Below, in pieces: positions 24,225 to 37,700 of a stretch of 64,000 bases of DNA. The notes beneath the pieces were generated by a model. That model was given only the letters and a program-made list of their open reading frames with translations. It searched no databases and was not told the DNA's origin. The stretch is from NCBI GenBank assembly GCA_973895155.1, contig OZ316895.1, forward strand, positions 17,439,437 to 17,503,436, given 5' to 3'. Both the position numbers and the translations under genes were made by a program. This stretch comes from Marsupella aquatica (taxonomy: Eukaryota > Plantae > Marchantiophyta). Numbering within the stretch: the stretch's first letter is position 1; each line of letters opens with the position of its first letter.

Positions 24225-24990
24225 GAGTGCTCACCAAGTAGGATGGACGAGAAGAGGGATAAATCAGTACACCTTGGTTCTACTCTAAGAAATGTTGGTT
24301 GACTTTTTGATGTGGTTGCATCCCTTGAAACTTTGTATCACCTCAAACAGCTAGTGACATCCCCATTTTGATCAAATTTCACTGCTAAATCCGAACTTTA
24401 CACAAGATGGCTGGGCTTTGGGAACCCATGTTTCAAATTGTTTGTCTTCCCCATTGATTGCAAGGTTCGTTATAGTTCATGTATCCAAATGGAACTTTTT
24501 TTAATCGTGAATGAAGACATTAGGTTCTAATTTCCAAGGTCAATCATTAACACATTCTGAATAACCCAAACAAATAAGTAAATTGGTGCAGCCTTAAAAA
24601 CTGAGGACTTTTTCCAATTCTAGTAGTTTGTACCTTGTATGAACACTGGTATTGGACAGGATGATGATAAGTGAGAAGTGATCAATATTATTTAGTGAAA
24701 TATCAAAACACTCATATATCAATGACAACCCTTTCAAGGGTTACTTGTTTAACCCATTTCTTTGTTTATTTGAAGTATTGTTTCAAATTTCCATTGTTTT
24801 TACATTTACAGGGTCTAACTGTTTTTCTGTGCCTTGTCCCAAACACAAACTGTCAAGTTTGGTACTTCTTGAATTGCATAACTAATTGTTCTTGTGACCA
24901 ATAGCTAGTGTTGATGTGGCTGCACATGCTTTTAAAGATTTTGGAAGGAGCTTCCCATGGGGGTCCGTAAAGATAGACCTTTCTCCTTTA

Positions 24991-25500
24991 CAACTTTTTA
25001 GTAACCTGCCCTCCATATTACCCCATATTACTAACATGTACCCAAATCAAAATTATTTATCAACCAGCCCCCATTTCAGATTTGGGTTAGTATTAAGTCA
25101 TGTACAAGTTCCCATTGTCATGTGACAATTCGTTACTGGCTAGCCTTAGTTTACCCGCCGCAACCCCCTCCTGAACCCCCTTTGCCCCACTTCCCGGATG
25201 CATTTTCCTGTGAAAAATTGAAGGCCAAAAGCGTTGGAGTTTTGTGAGGGGAATGTTGAGCAAAAATATTTGTTTTGGCCCATCCAAGACCCGCAACTGT
25301 GCTCTGCAACAGGGAGGGGGAAGGGAGGCCAAGGGGGCTGGTCACGACAGGTTAAGGCTAGCCAGTAGCGAGTTTGACAACAGGAACTGATACTTATATG
25401 AGTTGATATAACCCAAAAGAGGACAGGTTGATGAATAATTTTGTTTTTGGGACACATTAATAATATGGGGTAGTTTGGGGGACATGTTATTAAAAAACTG
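24991..25500. mobile_element. Non-autonomous Mutator-like (MULE) foldback element
   Basis: About 150-bp imperfect TIRs (24991-25148 vs 25353-25500; core TACTGGCTAGCCTTA / TAAGGCTAGCCAGTA), flanked by a 10-bp direct repeat TTCTCCTTTA / TTCTCTTTTA. Confidence 0.75.
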
Positions 25501-25504
25501 TTCT

Positions 25505-25878
25505 CTTTTATGGTGTAGCCTTGAGCACACTAAACCCAAAACCCTGAACTTACAGTGCTTCTCAGGTTTGCTGAGATCATGTTTATATACTCTGTAGGAT
25601 GTCATGTGTCTTTTTACTGGGTGGCTTGTGCATGTTGGGTTGGGCGTTGAGAGTGTTGCCACTAGAAGTAGATACACCTTTCTCTTTTAAGGTGTACCCT
25701 TGAGCACACCAAATCCAAAACCCTGAACTTACAGTGCGTCTCAGATTTGTTGAGATCATCTTACTATAAAGGCATGAACTAAAGCTTATTCTTAAGGGCC
25801 TAGGTTGCTTGTCAGGTTTGTTAAGATCATCTTACTATAAAAGCATGAACTAAAGCTTATTCTTAAGGGCCTAGGTTT
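25505..25878. repeat. Nested local duplications
   Basis: CCTTGAGCACAC...GAGATCAT occurs at about 25519 and 25698. A unit of about 70 bp, AGATCATCTTACTATAAA...GGGCCTAGGTT, occurs twice (about 25753 and 25824). Confidence 0.7.
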
Positions 25879-26294
25879 AGAGTGAATCCTCTAGACAGAC
25901 TCGAATACAGACAAAACTGATAATGAATTTCACGTACAAAAGTGACATTGGCTCTAAATAAAAACAAAACTGAAATGAGGGTGGATAAAAAACTAGGATG
26001 AGGCAAAGATGACCAGAAATAGCATATAATTTTTTTAAGCAAATTTACTTTTACTCATATCTATTTACATTCAAGGAACGGGTCATCGGGCTAGTGTTTA
26101 GATATATCTATCGGAATGTTGGGTTGGGCGTTGAGAGTGTTGCCACTTGACTCATGGAGTTCAGACCAAGTACTTCTAGATGAGAAGAAACAATATAAAG
26201 AGTGGATGGAGGACATCTGGAATGGTGGAAGGGTATATCTAATAGGGCTAGTTCAAGACATTGCTAGACACACGAGGACTGACTGATGTCAACT

Positions 26295-26545
26295 CCTACC
26301 ATCAATTGCAATGCCTCAAAGGCCTTCACCTTTTGGGTAGTGTAAACTTACCATCAATTCCTACCATCAATTGCAATGCCTCAAAGGCCTTCACCTCTTG
26401 GGTAGTGTAAACTTACCATCAATTCCTACCATCAATTGCAATGCCTCAAAGGCCTTCACCTTTTGGGTAGTGTAAACTTACCATCAATTGCAATGCCGCG
26501 AAGCCCTTCACCTTTCTGGTAATGTCAAACTCCACCATCAATTTT
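26295..26545. repeat. 65-bp tandem repeat (3 copies plus a degenerate partial)
   Basis: Units start at 26295, 26360 and 26425: CCTACCATCAATTGCAATGCCTCAAAGGCCTTCACC... Confidence 0.9.
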
Positions 26546-26709
26546 CCAACAAAAAGAATGACAATTTCGCAATCAAGATAGTTTCATGTGCACAGCATCG
26601 TTGCTACCTGAGCAGTTACAGAAAAAGTGTCATTACCTCAGATAACCCAGCGTCAAAGCAAACAAGTGTGCTCCAAAACCAAGGATATCCAAAAAGAGCA
26701 GGAAAAAGT

Positions 26710-26782
26710 TTCCGTAACCGGGACTCGAACCCGGGTCGCCTGGGTGAAAGCCAGGTATCCTAACCATCTAGACTATTACGGA
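26710..26782 (-). tRNA. tRNA-Glu (TTC)
   Basis: TCCGTAATAGTCTAGATGGTTAGGATACCTGGCTTTCACCCAGGCGACCCGGGTTCGAGTCCCGGTTACGGAA: 7-bp acceptor stem, anticodon loop CT-TTC-AC, GGTTCGAG T-loop, followed by a T-run Pol III terminator. Confidence 0.96.
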
Positions 26783-27227
26783 ATACTGCTAACTATGCGA
26801 AAGGATACTATAGTAGTATTGAGAAGGACATGCAATCTAGAGTCAAAAGATTATATCGCCTGATTTCGCAAAATGTTGTTGCTCTTTCTTGCGTTGGGTA
26901 CGGGATGCTCGATGTCCGACTTAGCTGAGAGTCGTCGAAGTCGAAGATTGCTGCTGTCCATAAAAAGTTTGCATTGTGCAGACGTGAATGTTTTAGGTTT
27001 GTATGTAGACAACTCCAGTAGAGTGACAAGACTTCAACTAATGTAGCTCTTCCTGACCGGGAGAGGGCGACATTCGGTTGGGTACCCGGAAACAAGGGTC
27101 AAATGAGAAGCTCCAAACCTCGTGATTCCAACGGTTTCAAGAGCAGTTTGAAGTACGTGTAGAACTGTTAAAAGGCAACATGATAAACCTGTCGAATTGA
27201 TCAGCTTCCAACAACAAGATTTCGCGG

Positions 27228-27482
27228 ACAACAGAAAGAGGACCGACGAGAATCCACAGACTGAGAAATGAGGTCCAGAAGAAAAAAGTCGCATTGCTTT
27301 TCCATAGGATCAACATTATGGGCCCAGAACAAGTCTCGGGAACAGAAGGGACAGAAAGAGTTCCGACGAGAATCCACAGAATGAGAAATGAGGTCCAGAA
27401 GAAAAAAGTCGCATTGCTTTTCCATAGGAGAGGAGCAATCAACATTATGGGCCCAGAACAAGCCTCGGGAACAGAAGGGACT
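27228..27482. repeat. About 120-bp tandem duplication (2 copies)
   Basis: CCGACGAGAATCCACAGA...CATTGCTTTTCCATAGGA...GGGAACAGAAGGGAC repeated; also seen as duplicated peptides in the ORF track. Confidence 0.85.
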
Positions 27483-27760
27483 GAATCCAGCCCCTACTCC
27501 TGCGTGCTAACAGAATTGAATTGAGCTCCTGCGTATAGGTGTCCACGCAGAGAAGCTTCTCGGAAGATCAGCCAGCCGAATAGATTATTTGGGGTACTTT
27601 TCTCTGAACAAAATACGAAGAAGATGATCTTCTTTGAGCATCACAGTACTGGGCACCTATATCCGGGGCCTTTATTTGGGTGGACAGACTATTGCGAAAT
27701 TGGCCATCAGCTGCCAGGCCCAGAAGAGCGTCAGCTTTCGTTCTTGACCAGTACCATCCT

Positions 27761-29706
27761 TTAGTCGTTGAACTCTTCCAAGAGACCCTGTGACACACAA
27801 TATATACATCAATTGGCCCACACATTGAAATACCATTGCCTGCGAGCAATGATTCAATAGGTTCGCTTATATTTAAGCCAAAGCTGTGATTGACCGTGCG
27901 ACATTGATGGAGCGGGAGAAACGGAAATTAGAATACCCACCTGCGAAACCAGAGACTCCGCTTCTGTCCGTTTCATGAAATGAATTGAATTTCGCAAAAG
28001 GGTTGTTGCCTGATCGTCTAGCAGCATCTCTCCAATGTTATCCATGACTCGTACTTGAATGTAAGGGTCCTTAGGGGGAGTAGCGTCCTGCAGGAGTCCC
28101 CAAAGGTGGCAATACACGAGGCCAGATTTAGCTAAATGGCATGACAAAGGGACAAAGAATCGATACCTCCAAAAAGATCCATTTTATTGTGATGGCCATA
28201 ACGCTAGTGAAGTAGAAATTATAATTCCATCGCGCTCTATTCATAGGATAAAATTCGGGAAAACTCCATATCTGTTGAATAACCTATCTCGTAAGTGAAC
28301 ACTGAGACTAGAACAGAGATTGAACGCTAGGACTCTAGCGATCCAGCACAACTGATTGATGAGAGGCTTACCACGATCAGATCCAGGTTTATTTTGGTCA
28401 TGTAGGATCCAAGGATATCGGAGTAGTGCTTAAAGAATTCCTTCTCAGACTGACTGAGTTTCTCTTGGATATCTTCAGGCAGTACTGCTCCGAGCTGCCA
28501 CCTGAGCTGTTGTATTCTTTGAGCCCTATTGTACCTGAGAAAGATGGAACGAGCTATAAGACACAATCCCAGATGGCAGGAGACTATCCCAGACTTCAAA
28601 AGTAAGGGAGGTTTATGAGCATACTGTATATTAGCACATCCATCACTGTAGCACGATGCTTGTCTCGATCAGTGCCGAACGTAAAGCTTCCCTACTCTTC
28701 CCTACTCGACAGATAATATAATTGCGGATGACCTAGCCAATCGTGCTCATTCGGCAGTAGACAGGATTTTCAAAACCTCAAAGTCAATAGACTGTGTAAT
28801 AGGAAGCAATCACTTCGTACTGGGAAAAGAAGAGAAATCAAATATGTACTGAGCGAATCGTACATATAACCCATGAGGCAGCGCTTGTTGCGCAATATGC
28901 TCGTGTGATGAACTAAACCGCCGCCGTAATCACCACTTTGAACAGCCTGCTCGAGAGGTAGCCCCTCTATTTTCCTGCCACACGAGATGAGTGCCGATTA
29001 ACACTGCCAGAGAAAATCCAGGCCAGAAAAACTTGATCTCCCAAAAATCAAAATTCCTCTTTCCCTCCCCCTGATCCCCCGTCCAACGAACCATCGAATT
29101 ATAAGCAAGTAAGCGCAGCTGAGTTCGGATGAAACGGCCAGCATCAATAGGGTCACATCACCTGAGCTAGACTGTAATCAGGTACATATCGTGACATATA
29201 AATCAAGCTCAATTTCCATCCTTCCGGCGATGGGTCATCACTAAGAATCCTAGTAGGCAAGAGGAGAGGAGAGTGGAGAGAAGGTAAGCGTGGAAAAAGA
29301 CAAATACCTCAGTGACTCACTCAAGAGCCCATAGTGTTCCTTTGACTCGTCCACAACCTGATTGAACAGATCCGTCTGGTACCAGCCTCAACGACAACCA
29401 ATCAGAAACCACAATCCAGCATCCAAGCTAGGATGAAAAAAATCGATGAATGTCGTCAAGAACGGGGGACCAGTTTGGAATCGGCTAAAGCTATTGGGTT
29501 GGGCCCGACAAAAAGTAAGGCATTCTCATTGGATCTGAAGCGCGACATTGAGAGAGACCAACGCAGAAGCGACGGTCGTCTTCGAAACAGAACAGCAACA
29601 AGGAAGGGAGAAAGTGAAGGTCGAAGCTCACATTGAAGCGGCGAAATTGGTCTTCATCACACATTGCAAGCTCGCGCACCAACTGAGCGCCCTTTCTTCC
29701 GAACAT
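27761..29706 (-). CDS. PSF1: GINS complex subunit Psf1 (GINS1), 196 aa
   Basis: Six exons: 29632-29706, 29308-29375, 28864-28974, 28372-28534, 27941-28087, 27761-27787 (591 nt). Motifs MFGRKGAQLVREL, HHTSILRNKRCLMGY, YNRA, PPKDPYIQVRV, SQGLLEEF. Confidence 0.95.
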
Positions 29707-31490
29707 GGCGTCTCCTCAGTGAGCCCACAATCGACGGATATGTTTTAATTACCGATCTTTCGAATATCTGCTGCTTGTCGTCTCTTGTCGACGACCCAAT
29801 TCTCCCTCCCCTCCTCTCTTTCTCTTCCTGCCGCTTCTGATTGTACGAGACACAACACCCGAAAGCTAAACTATCTATCCATGAACGGCATTGCTCTGCA
29901 AAATGAGCTCGACAACAGTGTCTGTTCTGTGCTAAGTTTGTCGAGCATTCAATCTCCTCACTCGGGACCTAAGCCTACACTACAACTCGACAATTGGAAC
30001 AGAAATTTCCAGGTCTAGCAGGCATGATCAAATTGATGGGTGGTTTCCTACTCGAATCCAGTGCGAAGGACATTGAAATCAACTGTATGTTTTGTAATTC
30101 TGCCATCGAATTGTGGCGTAAACTCCCGCGCAAAGTCGTCCGATTATCTGTCGGTCATTCGTATTTTCCATCAGATAAACTGTTACAATTCCGGTTATCG
30201 GCGACACCTCTCCTACTTCTACTTTGCTGAAGGTTCCATGGAAATTAGGAGACAAGCACCCTCAACATACAACCCCCTCCACAATCAACCAGATTTTGCA
30301 GTTACACACGGTGCACTTATAAAGCGCTGACTGTACAGTTCGACGTTCTTCAGTTACCACAAAGCGGAGGACTGCTCTTCACCGAACGTGTTGTTATAAA
30401 TCGAGATCGTCTAACACCATGAATCGAGATCCGGTTCCGGCGATCAACGATTCCGGTTGCTTGTGTTTCTACTGCTCGATGAAATTTTTTGGTCGATTTT
30501 TTGGTCGATTTTTGGCCGATTTATCTCCTGTTTTGTGAGCGAGATTAGTGGGCTCTGGATTGCCTACAATTCGTTCGCAGGGATATGAAGCAGCCAAAAT
30601 CTATGAGACATCGAAAATATGCATCCCGACATGTCTGTACCGGGATCGATTGCTCCCATGCTTTCGATTCTAAGACAGAGCATGGTTGCTAGTCCTTTTC
30701 ATTGTTTTCCCTTGAAAGATGGTTGTAGTTTAATCGCTTTGGTGGTTGTTAGAAACAAGGCATCTCGTCGGGCAGTATAAACGGGAACCCTGAACTTTAG
30801 ATGGAGAGACCACAAGTGCTCGAAGCCCCAACGAAGAGATTTCGATTGCCGGGACTGCCAACTCTGTGGAAACAAATGCGCATTTGTCTCCCCCTCACTT
30901 TCCAACATAGAAGGTTACAAGGTGGATTCTGGATTGTCTAGAACCTGGCATTACGAGTCTTTATATGTGCCACCAATGAGCCACGCGCACCAGGATTCTT
31001 TATTAGAGACTAAGCTTTGCTCTCTACTAAGGTTACCATTGGTAGGATGAAGTCAAATTGCTCAAACCTCATTCGTGCAATCACTAGAGACACGTGAACA
31101 AATCGGAATTCTTCGTTTGTAGTTACTTATGACGTCATTCTCGTGCACTCAATTGGTGGACCTAATCTTCAGTACTGATATCCTTCTGCCGATGGTCCGT
31201 AATGGATTTTCAGTCGCTTACCCTAAGTGGTGACCCGCGCTTCAGAATTCAGACAATCTCTGTTCAATTTGAAATCAAAGCTTATCCATTAACTTGAATT
31301 TAAAGTCTACACATCTCTGAATGCGCTCCTTGAGCGAGCAAGGCAGAGATCTATACTAAAGCCGGACGAGTTCCACACGTTTGAGTAAGGCATGTTAGAA
31401 TGTTAAGTGGACAGCGGATTTTGTCTTCAAGTACTCTGCAAAAAGCAAGTACTATGACAAGTAAATGTGAATGTATTATGGAGCGTCGCA

Positions 31491-31571
31491 GACATATAAA
31501 GGGAGCATCAATATGGCAGGTCTTTCGCAAACTGTTATTGGCAGCTTGCTAAAAGGTTTCCGAATGCCAAG
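31491..31571 (+). pseudogene. Degenerate upstream IFT139 exon with premature stop
   Basis: Translates DI*REHQYGRSFANCYWQLAKRFPNAK, in frame with the next exon via the GT donor at 31572. Resembles TTC21 ADIYLKH...CFREIAER; TAA at 31497. Confidence 0.6.
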
Positions 31572-31715
31572 GTAATCTTATCAAAATTGTTTGTCGTCCA
31601 ATTTGAAGCCTGTTGGAGCTGAATATGAGAATATATTTGGTATGTTGTGATGCGATCGTTTTTAATCAGTAGGGATTGTATTTGACATCATTTGTATTTC
31701 CTCGTTCAGACTTAT

Positions 31716-34700
31716 ATGATGTTGCGGGACACTTTCGTGAAAACTGACGATCTGGAAACATTAGGTCGGTCATATGAGGCCGCAATGAGAGAAAGTCCAA
31801 ATGATGCATCTGTGGCAGCGCAACTCGGCAAGGCGTATATTGTAACCCACAATTACCCGAAGGCTATCGAGCAATACACATGTGCTTTACAAGATACAGA
31901 GGATAGTCTGGGAAAGCTCCTATTATTTCATGATTTAGCAGGTAAATTTGAGCTGGTTGAAATGTGTGCATGGCTGAATCTTTAACGTTGTACCATAAAG
32001 ATCGGTAGAGAAAAGTTCTAGTCAAAGTAGAGGCCCACGTAATTTTCTGTTATTTTACATAATGAGTTTCGGGTGAGAGTTATCGTGATAGTGTTGAGAA
32101 GACCACTCTGACTGAGCACGTCAGGACGATCTCATTACGGGGCATGGTTGGATTCAGGACTTTACCAAGGCAGTCCTCTGTAGCAAGGGATTCTCGTAAA
32201 CAGACGAAATGATTTCTCATTGAAAAGAATTTAGTTGCACTTCCCAGTCCTTCCCTGTATTTGGAGGTCGTACTATTCTTTGGAAGCATGATGATAAGCT
32301 TCATACCATTGGCACGTGCCAGTTCCATTGACTACAGTTTGGTGGTACATATCACGGCAGATCTTTACTTCAAGTTGAGAAACTACGAGCAAGCTCAGAG
32401 AGTCTTGAACGACATGTTGGAAAGCGCAGACTTTAACATCCAAGTGCAAGATATGGAAAACACGAGCACGGTTTTGTTGTGTCTCAAGGGCTCTTTGCTT
32501 CTATCCAAAGTGCAGCATCTACTTGGAAAACGTGGAATATTGGGTGAGGTGTGGACTGTGGGGCATTGTTTTAGAAAATTGGCATCCTTGCTGCCGACTG
32601 GCTTAATTGGCTGACAAAAAACTGTACACAAGTAGTTGTGCATTAGACCAGATTGACGAAGGTGTCACGCATTTTCTTCACAGGAAAGCAGGCGGTCAAG
32701 CCCTGACTCAAGGTACCTGCCCCAGTACAAGGTATATATCTGGCCTTGTCTTGAAAACAAATACTTTTCTGATATGATTGACATCCACTGCCAGTTACCT
32801 GTTTTCCAGCGGTAGAATACTTATCATATAGTCTGTTGCCCTTCATCCTGGGCACTTTGGGGTAATATGCAAATGAGGGCCGTGGCTCACCCGGAAATGT
32901 AATGACTGTCGAACTGTCTTACGGAGTACAAGCTTTCCCTTTTGAATCACCCGGACCAGCTAGTGTGTGTTAGTTCTTCAGGTTCTGAAAATTTGATACT
33001 TTGCCTTGTCCGTTATCGTCCTCGATTATATATCTTAAAGACAAAGCATACTAGTAGGCCGAATTTAGCCGTCGGGAATCTCTTGATCTTTGAATGTTCT
33101 TGATCAAGTTCCCTTGCTGAAATCTGAACGTCTGTTTCAATTTACTTGGTGAAATTCACAGGTCATGTTTAACGCCAAGAACATTCAAAGTTTGCTGTTA
33201 CGTGAGCAGCATGGACAGCACACTGATTCAATCAGAGAACAAAGAAATGTATCGGCTGATATCTATTTCCATTTTGCCCAGGTTGGCTTTTGTATGCTTT
33301 TGTATATCTATCTTCAAGCCTGCTGTTTTGAGATTACACTGAGTTACCGACATGCTTAGTGCATCTTTCAACAGAGCTAAATGGAACAAAGAGTATGAAG
33401 TGTATCATTTCTGATTCTATTTCCCTTTACAATTTGCTCAGTTCTCTACTGCTCTGCTGTGATAGAGGATAGAAGTCTCATTGACGAGATATCAGCTGTG
33501 CTCTTCACTTATCATGCCACCAGTTTCTAGGTATGTGAAATTGAGAACGATCCTGAGAAGACGGTGATTCTTCTAAAAGAAGCATTGAATTGCAATGCTG
33601 CACATAGTCTAGCAACTCTGGCTCTGGCCAAAATTCAGCTATCAAGGTGCTTGTCTCCTGAACCGTTTTGGCATAACAATGAGTGCTTACAACATTTTTC
33701 CGAGGATAACAACCCGCATTTCTACATACAGTGCTTACAGGTTTCTGAATAATTGGCAAATATCTTTTCTGAGCTATTTCTATCCCAAGGGCCGCGGGGT
33801 TGGGGAGGGGGGTGATGGCGGTGGCGGGGGAAGATTCTTTTAGAAATGTGTTTCGTTGGAAGGTTATGTATCCTGTTGTCATGCTTGCAAAAGGGCATTC
33901 TGGGTGAGAGCCTAAATTCAAATTCTTTCCATGCAATTCTTAATATAGTAGGTATAATAGGAGGCAAGTTCTTGCGGCAGTCACTCCGACTGTTTTCTTA
34001 TGGACCCTCCATTCATGTCTTTGTCGCAGGGGAGATCTGAATGAATATGAACAGAAATTTGGGGAGATATTGAGGGCTGATCCATTTGATTCTGAGGCAG
34101 CCGAAACGCTTGTCCGATTAATGTTGTACAGAGAATTGTACGAAGCTGCTATTATTCACTTCAAAGAAATTCTTGAGAGGGATTCTAATCACTACCCTTC
34201 TATGGCTCAGGTAGTCTGGAACCTGAGAATAGATACCTGCCGTCGGAAAAGCTAGAATTAGGTCGAGAAATGAAGTAGATCACTTGAAAAGTTAGAATGC
34301 CAGTCAAGAACAGTGCTTTGATTTGTACGCAATCCCAAAGCAGTGCGTTGAAACCGATGAAAGAGTAGTCTCTTGCAATCTAAAGAAATGCCCAGTCGTA
34401 ATTTGTATTTGCTTTACAGCCCCTACAAATTTGCTTGTCTTTTATCTGCACCTAATTTAATCATTCAAGTTCTACTTAACTGTGCATTGCTTTGTTGGCT
34501 CACGCACTAAGACAGTGACAGTTAAAATATGAAATGAGCTAACTAGACGTTATCTCTCTAAAATAAAATCAAGGTCTGGCATGCCTCTTCAGAAAACCCT
34601 GAGCTTGACGGTAACAATGTCAGATCTCAATGTTGTCATTTTTCCCGTGCAGCGGTTTAAGGACTCTTCTCATTGCAATTCAAACTTAAATCTAGTGATG

Positions 34701-37700
34701 ACTGACCTGGTGGCATCTATTTACTTTGCACCAGCTGATCAGGCTTCTACATTGTGCTGGACAAATAGATGATGCTCAGCATTATGTTCTCAAAGCTGAG
34801 AAAGCATGTCCGAAATTTCACGCAAATGCGGGGCTGTCTTTTTGCAAAGGGTTGATAGCGTACTACTCGAAAAACCGCCCTGAAGCTCTACAAGTGAGCC
34901 TCTGTCTGGAGCTTGCTCATGTGTATTGTATTATTACTGTGAAGCTTGACCCACAAATCGTTATTAGGAAACCGTCTTGGATCAGATGTATATTGCATGC
35001 ATGGCATGTTTGGTTGGTTCAATACATTCTCATCGTCTAGTATACCGACCGGTTGCTGCAGACTCTCAAAAGCTAGAATGACCAGTTATAAAAATTCGGA
35101 TAAATTTGGCAATCATTTGACATTGCCCTTTCAGTTGTGGTGGATAGATGTTTAATCGTGCACGAGCGGATGCCGAATGGGGCAAGCTAGCAATTTATTC
35201 CCTCATAGAAGTCTATCTCAATATTGATAAGGAACAAGTACAGAGTGAAGAGAACTTGGATGGCAACATTGGTTGCAATGAAGAAGGAATCAAAGCCGCC
35301 TGGAAGCTATTAGGTGAAAGTAGGTACAGTTTACATCCAAGCATACATCAAGCTGGCTACGTTGCCATGTTGGCCGGTTCGAAGATTTAGTGCACCTGGA
35401 AGAGACGAATGTATTTAATTGACAAGAACAGTTAATTTGAAGCCATCCTCGTTGTCGTAAACCAAAATGGACGATACCAGTTAATTGCATCCTCGTTGTC
35501 GTCAATCTACTTGTGTTGTGAATATATGTTTCTTTACTCTTTCACACATAAGCTGAAAATCATATGTTGAGGGGCATAATTAAAGTCCTGATTGAACTCA
35601 TTTCTGAAGTGATGCGAGATGCTGGAATTTGACTATGGATTTTCAAAATCTGTGCAGGCTATTGGATTGCAAGTCAACAAAGCAATTAGTGCTGGAGTGC
35701 TACGCAACAATGGCAACTAGACAGAAAGCAGACATTGAATTTGCCCTGGGTAGATTGAGCGAGGCACTAGGCGAGGAGGAGAAAAGGGTTCCAATCTTGA
35801 TGGCTATTGCAACTGCACGGACTTTGCTCAACCAGACCGCTAGAGCAAAGATCCAGCTACAAGTCATCGACAGATCAGTTTACAAATGGCATGACAGTGA
35901 AGATTTTGAGCGGGCGTGGCTCATGCTTGCTGGCATTCATATGCAGGTAACTTGTGCCCGAACTGTGAAATGCAGTTAGTATCCTGCCTTTGTTTTTGTT
36001 TTTCCTTTTGTCTGAGAAATCGAATCAAAAGAGATCCGTGTCTGGTAGGCGTTCAGACAATGACTAATTCGAACTCATTTAGGGTTAGGAGTGGGCGGCT
36101 GTATGATGTTAGGGTGAAGCTAGGCACTTTTCGAAGCTCTTGTCTCTGCATGAGATTCAAGGGCCAAAAGTCAAGCTCGGAGAAGCTAACTTGTGGGGAT
36201 GACATCTATCGAGGAAACCCAAGAAGGTTTTCGTGAAGTCCTGTGGTCTTGAGTGTTCAGCTATTCCCGGATGTCATCTCCATCCTTTCCACCGCAGTAT
36301 ACATCACAGGCACACGGACTCGAGCCATAACGAAGGTAAAGAGAGGCGCACGCGTACCCACGAATCATCGCTGAATAAATGGTTGCAGAGATTCAAGGTT
36401 GTTCTTCGTATATATGGATTGTGGGCCCGATTCATTCAATACTGCCATTGCTATGTTGTCGAGGATCTCCCCTCTTCCTACACAGCAGTGGCAGTCTTAA
36501 ACGAATGAGGCCTACCTACCCATCCCAATGTTGTCGCAACTCCCACTGTTGTCGCAACTCGAACCCGTACAGAAGGGGAATCCGAGAGGTTCGAGGATGA
36601 CGGAGAAATGGTGGACAGATAGAAGCTGAAAGATGATGACAGGACGGTCGAAAGCAGACATATGTGTAGTGGGCCCATTCATTGCATACTGCCATGGTGT
36701 CAAGAATCTCTCCGATTCCACCACACTCCTGGCAGTCTTCAGCGAATGAGGTCTACCTACCCATCTATTTCCTCCTTAAGGCGAAGCGCATAGAAGGGGA
36801 GTCGAGAGTTCAGAGACTGAAAAAGAATGGTGGACATATGTAAGCTGTAGAATGATGGCAAGACTGTTGAAAGAGAAGATACGGGTTGGGGGCCCGATTC
36901 ATTGAATGCCGCCATTGCCATGGTGTCGAGGATCTCTCCTCTTCCAAAATAACAATGGCAGTTGTCAACGAATGAGGCCTACCTATTCATCAACATGAGG
37001 GAGAAATGGTGGCCAGATACAAAGCTATAAACAGATGGGAAGGCAGTTGAAAGCGGAAATATGGGTTGTGCGCCGGATCCATTGACAACTGCCATTACTA
37101 AGGTGTCGAGGATCTCTTCCCTTCCAACACAGCAGTGGCAGTCTTCAACGAATGAGGCCACCTACCCATTTACTGTCGTCACTAATACGAAGCGTGTGCA
37201 AGGGGAAGTCGGGAGTTAAGAGCATGAAGGAGAATGGTGGACCGATACAAAGTTGTAAAAGTGAAAGAGGCGGTTAAAAGCGAACATATGGGTTGGGGGC
37301 CGATTCACTGATGACTGCCATCGCCATGGTCTCCAGGATCTCTCCTCTTCCAACAAAGCAGTGGCAGTCTTCAACTAATGAGGTCTAACTAGCCACCCCC
37401 TGTCGTCGCTAACACAAAGCATATGGAAGGGGACATCAACAGTTAAGAGCATGAAGGAGAAATGGTCGACAGATACAAAGCTGTAAAATGATGGCAAGGC
37501 CGTCGAAAGCGGACATATGGGTTGGGGGCCCTATTCACTGCCGACTGCCATCGCCATGGTGTCAAGGATCTCTCCTATTTCAACACTGCCATGGTAGTCT
37601 TCAACGAATGAGGCCTACCCACCCATCCACTGTCGTGCCCATCGCGAAGCATATGGAAGAGGAAGTCGAGAGTTAAGAACACACAGGAATGGGTGCCTAC

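Noticed and set aside
32684-32712. Possible micro-exon of IFT139 (KAGGQALTQ)
   Set aside because: Phases do not fit the neighbouring exons, and the flanking exons join in frame without it.
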